Below, piece by piece: positions 39,570 to 48,700 of a DNA stretch of 64,000 nucleotides (position 1 is its first letter; every line of letters starts with the position of its first letter). Location: positions 6,655 to 70,654 of the IMG/VR virus record IMGVR_UViG_3300021197_001793. One strand, 5' to 3'. The translations under genes were made by a program, and so were the position numbers. The notes beneath the pieces were generated by a model that did not search any database, had not been told where the DNA came from, and saw only the letters and a program-made list of their open reading frames with translations. The DNA comes from a virus.

Positions 39570-39846
39570 GTTTAATCCCGGTGACCTCATAGTCTTAAAT
39601 GACTATGGGGTTTTTATTGGTGAAAACTACAGTAATTCAATCGGAGTTGTCATAAGTGCGGCTTATAATATCCTCCCGCAGTTTGAAGAGGAGATGAGTT
39701 CCTTCTATATTGTATACGATATATTGTTAGATGGAGAACTAATTAAGATGATACCACAAGAGTTTATGGAGTTTTACGAAAAATATGAAGAAGATTCTAA
39801 AAGAATGGCAAGGTTATATAAAGGAAACCGAAAGAAAGCACCCTGA
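39559..39846 (+). CDS. Small SH3/KOW-like protein
   Basis: FNPGDLIV...GVVI pattern. Confidence 0.55.
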   Translation: MSHKFNPGDLIVLNDYGVFIGENYSNSIGVVISAAYNILPQFEEEMSSFYIVYDILLDGELIKMIPQEFMEFYEKYEEDSKRMARLYKGNRKKAP

Positions 39847-40441
39847 AAGATCTAGAAGGGTTGCATATGATCATGCCGCTACAAAGTACACACAGCAGCA
39901 AACAGAAACAGGTGGAGACCCAAAAGCAGAATTAAAATATTTGGTCGCCAACATAACCTATTATGCAACGGATAGACGCAGTCTGGATGCGAGGGAAAAA
40001 CAAACCATTGAGTTCATAAACCAATCGCAATCGAGAAGAGAATTAATTGAAGATCTGAAGTTGATTCATTACCTTTTAGAGCCCGACAGCGAAACAGAGT
40101 ACATAGCAAGAGCCCGTAATGGAAAAATGATGATTTTTGATGACACTGGGCCGATATCTGATGATTCACCCAATAGAATTGAGTTTTTATTAAGTGACTT
40201 AGGTGAAGAGACGCTAACAAGGGTACCATCCGAGGAAGAGCTAAAAGAAATATTTTATTTTTATATTGCACCCACCAACCAAGCCCTATGGCCTGACCGT
40301 AAAAAGGAACCAGAACCACCAACAACTGATAGGTTTGCCCACCTTCGCAAGATACCACCAGAAATACAAGCTAGGATGGATAAGTTGGAAGCAGAGAGGG
40401 AAGCAAGAATAGCTGCTGCCAAACTAAAGAGGAATAGATGA
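39785..40441 (+). CDS. Putative internal virion protein
   Basis: CTS-like MKKILKEWQGYIKE, late motif ACTAATTA at 39738. Confidence 0.5.
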   Translation: MKKILKEWQGYIKETERKHPERSRRVAYDHAATKYTQQQTETGGDPKAELKYLVANITYYATDRRSLDAREKQTIEFINQSQSRRELIEDLKLIHYLLEPDSETEYIARARNGKMMIFDDTGPISDDSPNRIEFLLSDLGEETLTRVPSEEELKEIFYFYIAPTNQALWPDRKKEPEPPTTDRFAHLRKIPPEIQARMDKLEAEREARIAAAKLKRNR

Positions 40442-41280
40442 TAAATGAATACAACTTCGACAAGTTAGTAATCGGTGGATCTCTAGAAAGCCTTTTATAT
40501 TCATTTATAAACGATACGAAAATTTTGATCTTAGATAAATTATATCCGATTGAAATTAATAAGGTTGCTTACGAGCCCTCTCTACGATTACTAGGCTACA
40601 CCAACACAGAAATTGTAACAAAATCAGAACTGTGGGATCGTTTGACTTTTATTTTATCAATGAATAGTTGTCTTGCATCTCCAAACATCATAAGTTCACA
40701 CCGAGAAAGAGATGATAAGATTGTAGTTGTAACAGAACGCAATAAAAGAATTATTTATTCAGCCGATGAGATTGTTAATTTTGATAAGGTTGATGAAGAA
40801 AACCTAACCATGCTTGATTGGTTTAATGTGAGGTCTGGTAACAACCACGACCACAAGATTATTGAGGACCCGAAAAACAGATTCATCAATAAAATTCACT
40901 TTTATAAACCCAACAGACTCGGGTCCAACTCTGCAAGGCGTGATGTGCTTGCACTTTCTGATTTTACATTAGAAGAGTCTCAAATGGTTGATCATTCAGA
41001 AGGGATTGCTAGAATAAAAATATTACAAATGATGAAAGACAGGGGCATAAGAGGCCAGAGCAACGGTATAAGCAAGTCTGGAATCAAACTTCACTACGCT
41101 CTCAAGATCGAGCACACTTTTCGAGAGAATAGAAAAAAATATGAACCACTGGTCTCGATAGAAGACCTATTAAAACAAGAACCAGAGAAGGAGGAACGAT
41201 GGAACTTCACGAAAAAACTTTTTCGTCACAAACAAATTACCACCTTGCAGGAATCATTCCGGTTGCCGGCCAACCTTTAG
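40438..41280 (+). CDS. Hypothetical protein with degenerate Rossmann-like N-terminus
   Basis: KLVIGGSLESLLYS beta-alpha start. Confidence 0.5.
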   Translation: MINEYNFDKLVIGGSLESLLYSFINDTKILILDKLYPIEINKVAYEPSLRLLGYTNTEIVTKSELWDRLTFILSMNSCLASPNIISSHRERDDKIVVVTERNKRIIYSADEIVNFDKVDEENLTMLDWFNVRSGNNHDHKIIEDPKNRFINKIHFYKPNRLGSNSARRDVLALSDFTLEESQMVDHSEGIARIKILQMMKDRGIRGQSNGISKSGIKLHYALKIEHTFRENRKKYEPLVSIEDLLKQEPEKEERWNFTKKLFRHKQITTLQESFRLPANL

Positions 41281-42110
41281 ATTTTAGAATGCCTTATCCG
41301 GACTCTCTATTGCCTGTGGGTACGGACTACACAATGATAGAGGCAGCAGTGATTGAAGCAGCCCATGCTGGGTGTAATACAATCTGGATAATATGTAATG
41401 ATGATATGTCTCCGATTATTAGACATAGAATAGGAGATTATATCCAAGATCCTGTGCACTTTTATAATAAATACGAGTACAGAATGAAAGACAGGAGGGT
41501 TAGAATTCCAATCTTTTGGGTCCCAATCCACCCAAAAGACAGGGACAAACGAGACTGCTTATCTTGGTCTGTGATACAGGGAGCGCTAACTGCTGTAAAA
41601 GTATCGGATAGGATATCAAAATGGTTTATCCCGGATAAGTATTATGTTTCATTTCCATATGGCATTTTTGACCCAAGGCCAATAGGTAAACTTAGGAAGC
41701 AGATAAAAACTAAGAAAAACTTTTATGTAACCTCAAAGGGTAAAACAGTAAAGAACAATTTTTATACAAGTTTTACATTCGGCAAGGAAGAATTCATCAT
41801 ATACCGTAGGAATATACGAAAGGGAACTGGAGCATATACGACCGAGGTGGTTGATGAAAGGGGTATACCAAGGAGTAAGTTGCCCCTTGAAGAAAGATGG
41901 TCAGCTAGATTCTTTCAACTGAAAGACGTTTTTCAAGGAGTGAGTCATGCAAATGCAAACTTTTATGATGCTAAAGATTTTCACAACTTGGGTAGTTGGG
42001 AAGAATACAGGCAATATATCAAATCCGACCTCTCATCTAATATAGCCAGACCATCTAAAGAATTTTTCTCTTATAAAGAATTTAATAGAATAGCAATTGA
42101 TAGAGACTAA
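41199..42110 (+). CDS. Divergent sugar-nucleotidyltransferase-fold protein
   Basis: AGIIPVAG...PDSLLPV...IEAAV.E..HAGCNTIWII, C-terminal NLGSWEEY. Confidence 0.65.
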   Translation: MELHEKTFSSQTNYHLAGIIPVAGQPLDFRMPYPDSLLPVGTDYTMIEAAVIEAAHAGCNTIWIICNDDMSPIIRHRIGDYIQDPVHFYNKYEYRMKDRRVRIPIFWVPIHPKDRDKRDCLSWSVIQGALTAVKVSDRISKWFIPDKYYVSFPYGIFDPRPIGKLRKQIKTKKNFYVTSKGKTVKNNFYTSFTFGKEEFIIYRRNIRKGTGAYTTEVVDERGIPRSKLPLEERWSARFFQLKDVFQGVSHANANFYDAKDFHNLGSWEEYRQYIKSDLSSNIARPSKEFFSYKEFNRIAIDRD

Positions 42111-42117
42111 TTAGAGC

Positions 42118-42750
42118 ATGTCACTAGTTGTTAAGAGATATAAGAAACTTGTAAAGGAGCTATTATTTGCTTATTCTGAATTGGAATATGTTGATGAGGC
42201 ACTTAAAGATGCACATGTCGAGTTTGAGCTTTATTACCAAAATTATTGCAAGAGAAATAATATTCCTATAGAAAAAATGAATAAGGAGAACGCAGGCAGA
42301 CTGGAGAAGGTTTACCCTAAAAAGCAAAGTAAAACAGACGAAGAGGGGATCGTTCAGTATGAAGAGACAACTGCCGATAAAAAAAACAGCAGGGTATTCC
42401 AAAGGATGTATAGAATAGTAGCAAAGAAGCTGCACCCGGATAAATTTTCAAATCAGGAACAGACAGCCGAAGTTATGGAAAAGATAGAATCGTTTAAACA
42501 GGCAACCGGAGCATATAATAAAAATAATTGGGCTAAATTTCTTGACATTTGTGAAAAATATGATATATTGCCAACACGGTATGAAAAGATTAACTCCCTA
42601 ATCCGAGATGAAATATCAGAAATCGGAAAAAAAGTTAACCATAAAAAACTATCTTTCAGTTGGAGACTATATGAGTGTGAAGATGATGATGTCTGTAAGG
42701 ACAAGGTCATTAAAAATTTTTTGTACCAACTTTTCAAATATAAAACATAG
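42118..42750 (+). CDS. J-domain (DnaJ-like) protein
   Basis: YRIVAKKLHPDKF...FKQATGAY. ACTAATTA ends 4 nt before the ATG and there is no SD. Confidence 0.8.
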   Translation: MSLVVKRYKKLVKELLFAYSELEYVDEALKDAHVEFELYYQNYCKRNNIPIEKMNKENAGRLEKVYPKKQSKTDEEGIVQYEETTADKKNSRVFQRMYRIVAKKLHPDKFSNQEQTAEVMEKIESFKQATGAYNKNNWAKFLDICEKYDILPTRYEKINSLIRDEISEIGKKVNHKKLSFSWRLYECEDDDVCKDKVIKNFLYQLFKYKT

Positions 42751-42753
42751 GAG

Positions 42754-42945
42754 GTGTATGTGAAAGATGCAAAGATAATTGTAAACAAGAGTGACGTTAC
42801 TCTAGAGATTGAAGATATAGATGATTGCTGCTTTGAACTATGGACAGTGGACAGCAAAACTAAAAGTTGTGTAAAAATTAAAATACCAGATAAAGTCTGG
42901 GGCGAATTAGTAAATGAATGGAAAGAAAAGAGAGGTAAAAAATGA
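42754..42945 (+). CDS. Hypothetical protein
   Basis: 63-aa ORF with SD GGAGG, coupled to the next gene. Confidence 0.6.
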   Translation: MYVKDAKIIVNKSDVTLEIEDIDDCCFELWTVDSKTKSCVKIKIPDKVWGELVNEWKEKRGKK

Positions 42946-43958
42946 AATATTATGATCCATGGCAAATGTTATTGAGTAAAATAGAAAAAGCCGGCGGCTT
43001 CGTTAATTCCCACGCTCATTTTGATAGAGCGTATACAATAAATGAAAAGAACCTTCATGACGTTGTTTACGACCACCTTTATCATAAATGGTTATATGTA
43101 GACGAGTTTAAAGAGTCTGCTACGATTAATAAATATTGCAAGAATATTCAGGCGGCTCTCCTCAGTCAAAAAGAATTTGGCACAACCTCTTGCTTATCGT
43201 TCATCGATGTCGATTCTATCGTTGACCTCAAAGCCCTCAGAGCAGCAGGCCTTGCAAAACAATACGCAGCCACTATAGGGGTCGATTTTAAGATTGCAAC
43301 GCAGACTCTCAAAGGAGTAATCAGCCCATACGAGAGAATATATTTAGATATGGCACTCGACACAGGCTTAATTGATGTCATTGGTTCATTGCCCGGAGTT
43401 GATAAGTCATTTGAAGGCACACACTTAGATATTATATTTGAATTAGCAAAGAAACATGATAAACGTGTTCATGTCCACGTAGACCAACTGAATTCACCAG
43501 TTGAAAAAGAAACAGAACTTTTAGCAAGAAAAACAATGCAACACGGCTTCGAAGGGATGGTCACAGCAGTTCATTCTATAAGTTTGGCTGCACACCCTCG
43601 TAATTACAGAAATGAAGTGTATAAAATGGCAAAAGACGCAGGACTTTCATTTATCACATGTCCAACTGCTTGGATTGACTCAAGAAGAACAGAAGTCATG
43701 ACACCAACCCATAATGCCATCACACCAGTTGATGAGCTAATTAAAAATGATCTTGTTGTAGCAATTGGTTCAGACAACATTCACGATGTTTATAAGCCAT
43801 ATTCAACTGGAGATATGAGTGTTGAATTAAAATTTTTATTGGAAGCTACCCACATTTATGACCAAGACATTCTAGTTAAAATAGCGACCGAGAACGGTCT
43901 TAAAGTAATGGGCAGCTATGATAGCAGAAGTAGGAACACTGGTAATAATAAAAGTTGA
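42942..43958 (+). CDS. Amidohydrolase-superfamily deaminase (cytosine deaminase CodA-like)
   Basis: GFVNSHAHFD, HVHVDQ, TAVHS, AIGSDNI.D..P..TGDM. Confidence 0.85.
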   Translation: MKYYDPWQMLLSKIEKAGGFVNSHAHFDRAYTINEKNLHDVVYDHLYHKWLYVDEFKESATINKYCKNIQAALLSQKEFGTTSCLSFIDVDSIVDLKALRAAGLAKQYAATIGVDFKIATQTLKGVISPYERIYLDMALDTGLIDVIGSLPGVDKSFEGTHLDIIFELAKKHDKRVHVHVDQLNSPVEKETELLARKTMQHGFEGMVTAVHSISLAAHPRNYRNEVYKMAKDAGLSFITCPTAWIDSRRTEVMTPTHNAITPVDELIKNDLVVAIGSDNIHDVYKPYSTGDMSVELKFLLEATHIYDQDILVKIATENGLKVMGSYDSRSRNTGNNKS

Positions 43959-44115
43959 TTTTAGGTTATCAAGACACATCAGAATAACAGAAGGAGATTA
44001 TGGGATTATAATTGGTTATCCCACTGAAGAATCAGCCTCCTTGTTCGACTATTTGGTAGCTTGTAACGGAATTAATATCTTTTTATTTAAACATGAAATA
44101 GAACTAGTTAATTAA
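43918..44115 (+). CDS. Small SH3/KOW-like protein
   Basis: EVGTLVII...YGIII...EIELV. Confidence 0.55.
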   Translation: MIAEVGTLVIIKVDFRLSRHIRITEGDYGIIIGYPTEESASLFDYLVACNGINIFLFKHEIELVN

Positions 44116-44119
44116 TGAG

Positions 44120-44305
44120 ATGTTCTTTAACGGTCAAACTATAGTTTGCATAGAGTCTTTTTTCATTTTCGAGAAAGGTAGGAGATATTATTGCTCTCAT
44201 GTCGATGATGGGCACTTTTTTATTGCAAATAATTGTAGTAAGTATAATGTTACTACAATAAAGATACCTTTTAGTTTAGCCGGAAGATTTCGAGTTAATA
44301 TTTGA
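44120..44305 (+). CDS. Small hypothetical protein
   Basis: 61-aa ORF preceded by ACTAGTTA at 44103. Confidence 0.5.
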   Translation: MFFNGQTIVCIESFFIFEKGRRYYCSHVDDGHFFIANNCSKYNVTTIKIPFSLAGRFRVNI

Positions 44306-44315
44306 CGGAGTTGAG

Positions 44316-44471
44316 ATGAAAATTAACCTTAGTACTACAACCTTATGGACACTGGTTGGAATTCAATTGATTGTATTTGTGTGTTTATATGCCTTGCTCT
44401 GGAGAGTGGGCAAGTTGGAGAGTAATAGTGAAAACAAAACAGAAAGATACGTCTTCGAAAAAGAAGATTAA
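44316..44471 (+). CDS. Small single-TM membrane protein (not in ORF track)
   Basis: MKINLSTTTLWTLVGIQLIVFVCLYALLWRVGK..., 51 aa, SD GGAG. Confidence 0.5.
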   Translation: MKINLSTTTLWTLVGIQLIVFVCLYALLWRVGKLESNSENKTERYVFEKED

Positions 44472-44586
44472 GTATTGTGAAGGGTGTGGGTGTACCCCAT
44501 GTGACTGTGACTGGGGTACGATGGAACTAAATAAGAATCATACCAATCAATGCTACCATAAAAGCGATAAACGTAAAGCCAATTAG
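44428..44586 (+). CDS. Small Cys-rich peptide
   Basis: GTG start after GGAG; CEGCGCTPCDC. Confidence 0.4.
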   Translation: MKTKQKDTSSKKKIKYCEGCGCTPCDCDWGTMELNKNHTNQCYHKSDKRKAN

Positions 44587-44691
44587 CCAGTGCTCTCCGG
44601 TTACCGGATAATCTTTATACATTATCGCCTCTTTCGCTACCATAAATACAGTGATTCCTATCATAGCTCCGAAAACTATAATAACCCACAT
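44527..44691 (-). CDS. Small two-TM membrane protein (only credible minus-strand gene; not in ORF track)
   Basis: MWVIIVFGAMIGITVFMVAKEAIMYKDYPVTGEHWLIGFTFIAFMVALIGMILI, SD GAGG, ACTAGTTA on the minus strand at 44708-44715. Confidence 0.55.
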   Translation of the reverse strand: MWVIIVFGAMIGITVFMVAKEAIMYKDYPVTGEHWLIGFTFIAFMVALIGMILI

Positions 44692-44739
44692 TTTACTACC
44701 CTCTGAGTAACTAGTAGTAAAGCATCACTAGTTACGAAT

Positions 44740-45024
44740 GTGGGGGGATTTCGCTTGAGTTATTGTTGTGATATTTTTATCGGAGATCTGGTCTGTGTTA
44801 AGTCTCACAATGTAGACGACTATGGCTATGGATGGGTGTCGACAGACGTAGACACAGGAATTGTGTTAGATGTTGTTGAGATAGAACAAGAATTTTACTT
44901 TTGGGATAAAAAGATAAGGTGCTATGATTTCATAATTTATTGGACAAGAACAGGAACAATAGAACAAATACCAGACATTATAGTTGAAAAATACTCAGAA
45001 TGGCAGAGGAGACTGAATGAGTGA
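44740..45024 (+). CDS. Small SH3/KOW-like protein
   Basis: IFIGDLVCV...GIVL...IYW; ACTAGTTA at 44727. Confidence 0.55.
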   Translation: MGGFRLSYCCDIFIGDLVCVKSHNVDDYGYGWVSTDVDTGIVLDVVEIEQEFYFWDKKIRCYDFIIYWTRTGTIEQIPDIIVEKYSEWQRRLNE

Positions 45025-45688
45025 TTATATTAGGTTAATTATTTCAGATTTGCACATAGGCAGTCTGCATGCAAAGGAGGATCTTCTTTGTGATATGCTT
45101 GAGGGAATATATTTCGATGAATTGATTTTGGCTGGAGACATCGTTGATTTTATAAAAGTTCCAACGTTTACTAAAAGAACTATAAAGTTTATTGAAATTC
45201 TCAAAAAGAAAGGTAAACCAATCATATATGTAATCGGCAATCATGATATTAATCTCACTGAGTTTGAAAATGAGACTGTCGGTGGAGTAAAGTTTGTTAG
45301 CAAATATCAATTCTCGTATCGTGACCGGATTTATAGAGTAATGCACGGACACCAATTTGACACTGGAATTGTAACTTGGCGATTTTCTATGAAGATAGTC
45401 TCGATCTTCCAAGATATGTTGGAGCGATGGCTAAGGTGGGACATGGCTTCTTGGATTGTCAAGTACAAGCTTAAGAAAAGAAAACTGAGAAGAATCTGGG
45501 ATATTCTTAAATGGAACAAAGAAGCAGATGTTTTCATAATGGGTCACACACACATACCGGAAGCGGTGATTTGGATTGATGAGGAAGAAAAAATTAAGAC
45601 GTATGTCAACACTGGCGACTGGATCGAACACCAGACGTATGCCCTAATCAAAGATGGCCAAATAAGACTAAAAAAGTATAAAAAATAA
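45017..45688 (+). CDS. Calcineurin-like metallophosphoesterase (LpxH-like)
   Basis: ISDLHIG, GDIVD, GNHD, HGH, GHTH, NTGDW. Confidence 0.88.
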   Translation: MSDYIRLIISDLHIGSLHAKEDLLCDMLEGIYFDELILAGDIVDFIKVPTFTKRTIKFIEILKKKGKPIIYVIGNHDINLTEFENETVGGVKFVSKYQFSYRDRIYRVMHGHQFDTGIVTWRFSMKIVSIFQDMLERWLRWDMASWIVKYKLKKRKLRRIWDILKWNKEADVFIMGHTHIPEAVIWIDEEEKIKTYVNTGDWIEHQTYALIKDGQIRLKKYKK

Positions 45689-45689
45689 C

Positions 45690-45718
45690 TTGACAATATC
45701 ATAGCAACAGGTTACAAT
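45690..45718 (+). promoter_or_regulatory. Sigma70-type promoter
   Basis: TTGACA-N17-TACAAT upstream of dnaE. Confidence 0.8.
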
Positions 45719-45740
45719 TAAGACATAACTCGGAGATAAA

Positions 45741-48700
45741 ATGAAAATAGCAACTGTGGTCTTGTACATAAGGCCCTCAAACAATTCTTATGATGGTTTC
45801 ATCAACAAACAGGGAGAGAGCATATCCTGCTTCCCAATAGAGCATTTAAATACAATAGGGTTCAATCAGAAAGATATTGACGAAGTAACAGTGGACTGGA
45901 AAAGCGACTCTAAGACACACAGGGACGGGTGTTTTGAATATAAAATAACTGTCAATGCTGGTGCAGTCTCTACCAAAGAACAAGAAGAGCTTTCTAATAA
46001 GTATATGAATGAAATATTGAGATGTCGAATGTCAATGGGAACACGAACAAAGCAAAGTAAAATAAGGTTTGTTGGACTCCATGCTCATTCTGGTGTTGGT
46101 TCGCCATTCGATGGCTTCGGCTATCCCCAAGATCACATGGAGTATGCATACGATAATGGGTGCAAAGCTCTTGCATTAACAGACCATGGCAACATGAACG
46201 GAACAGCCTATCAAGTTCTTCATGCTAAAAAGATGAAACAACAAGGTAAAGACTTTAAGCCTATTTTTGGAGTTGAGGCATATTTTATTGAGGACGTTGT
46301 CGACTGGCGCAAAAAATATGAAGAGCACAAAGCGGACAAGGTAAAGGCCAGACGTTTATCAAAAGAACAATCAGGCACGACCATTGAAGCAGAAGGCGAA
46401 ACCAAGTCAAAAGGGTCTGAGCTAAACAGATCTAGACATCTTGTCCTCTTGGCAATGAACCAAGAAGGGCTAAATAACATATATAAAATGATTTCCGAAT
46501 CATACACAGATAAATACTATTACAGAAAACCGAGGATTGATTATGCACTACTTGAAAAATATAACAGCGGCGTTATTTGCCTTTCCGCTTGTCTTGGCGG
46601 TGTTTACGCTGGTTGCTACTGGTCTAAGCGTGAAGAAGGTGAAGAAGCTGTACTGGAATGTATGCGGGAAGCCACCAGAAGAATGGTCTCGATCTTGGGC
46701 GACCGTTGGTACGGAGAACTCCAGTGGAACAACGTCCCAGAGCAGCACGATCTCAACAAGTATGTAATACAAATGCACAAAGAGTTTGGAATCAAGCTGG
46801 TATCAACAGCGGACTCTCATTACCCAGATCCGGACTCTTGGAAGGATAGAGAACTATATAAAAGACTAGGCTGGCTTGGGCGTGGTAAACCCGAGTGGCT
46901 TGACATGAACCTTCCCACCTCTGTTCAAGAGATGGAGTATGAACTCTATCCAAAGAATGGAGATCAAATGTGGGAGGCATACCAAAAATATTCAACTGAA
47001 ACAGGAGTAAAATATGAAGATGAACTTGTTCTTCGCAGTATCGAGGAAACTCACAGAATTGCTTTTGATCGGATTGAAGGATTTTATCCTGATGATACCG
47101 TTCGTTTACCTAACTTTGTGGTTCCTGCTGGATATACTGCCGACGATTATCTTGGACGGATAGCTAGCGAGGGTTTATTTTCCTTGCTAAAGCTAAACTA
47201 TCCTTTGATTTTCAGCAAGAAAACTAAACACAAACAGGACAGTAAGATCACAGAGTACAAGGATCGCCTAGATCATGAACTCAAAGTCATTGCAGACCGA
47301 GGCTTTTCAAAATACTTTTTAACAATGAAAGCTATCGTCGACAAGACCAATGAGATTCAGTTGGCCGGTCCGGGTCGAGGTTCCGCTGCTGGTTCTTTGG
47401 TTGCTTATGCTCTGGGAATCACACAGGTTGACCCGATAAAATATGGACTCCTGTTCTCTAGATTCCTAAGAGCAGACGCCAAAGACTACCCAGATATTGA
47501 TTATGATGTGTCAAATCCTATGGCCCTCAAAGAGAAACTCATTGGAGATTGGGGTGACAACGTGGTTGTTCCCATTTCAAACTTCAGTACGCTTCAGTTG
47601 AAGAGTCTCATTAAAGATGTGTCAAAGTTCTATGATGTCCCATTCATGGAAGTGAATGCAGTAACAAACAAAATGTTATTCGAAGCTATGCCGCTAGCAA
47701 AAGCCAAACATGGTATCAAAGCAGGCGTGTATAATCCGACATTCGAGGAAGTTATCGAGTTTAGTGAATCGCTCCAAAATTTTTTCCAAAACCATCCACA
47801 AATTAAGGAACATGTCTTGGGATTGATAGGATCAGTGCGTCAGGTTTCCCGACATGCAGGTGGAGTTGTGATCGGAGAAGACCTTGACAAGTATATGCCG
47901 CTCATATCAAGCAAGCATGTACGCCAAACTCCATGGTCAGAAGGCCAGAACGTAAGACAATTGGAGCCAATGGGCTTCATCAAGTTTGACTTGCTTGGCT
48001 TATCTACTCTCCGTATGATTGAAGATTGCATTGGGTCAATCCTCAAAAGACACCACGGAGTTGAAGAGCCGAGCTTCGCAGACATTAAAGCTTATTATGA
48101 CTCACATTTGCACCCGGACGTGGTAAACTTACATGATCAAAATGTTTATGAAAATATTTTTCACAAGGGTAAATGGGTTGGCATATTCCAGTTTGCAGAG
48201 CATGGAGCGCAAAAGTTTGCTCAACAAGCAAAACCAAGATCAATCATTGATATTTCGGCTATTACATCAATCTATCGCCCGGGGCCTTTATCGGCGGGTG
48301 TAGACAAGTCATTCGTGGAAGCAAAAGAAAACCCAGACTCTATTTCTTATGTCAACGATACGATTCGCTCGATCACAGAGGAAACACAGGGGTTCCTTAT
48401 TTTTCAAGAGCAGATAGCCATGTTAGCCCACAAGCTCGGCAAGAACGTGACTCTTGATGAAGGAAACTTGCTTCGCAAGCTACTTACTAAGAAGGGAACA
48501 GGTAAGGGCCATGAGGCAAAAGAAGCGATATACGACAAGTTCATCGAAGGATGTCTGGAGGGAAAAATACCTCGAAAGACAGCGGACAAGCTATGGACAA
48601 CTTTTGAATACTTTTCAGGCTATGGCTTTAATAAGTCTCATGCCGTTTCTTATTCTATCATTAGCTATCAGTGCGCTTGGCTATGCAATTATTTTCCCGC

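Noticed and set aside
45017-45688. Metallophosphoesterase as an Mre11/gp47 recombination nuclease
   Set aside because: It is short, has no adjacent SMC/gp46 ATPase, and its HG and NTGDW motifs fit LpxH-like phosphoesterases better.
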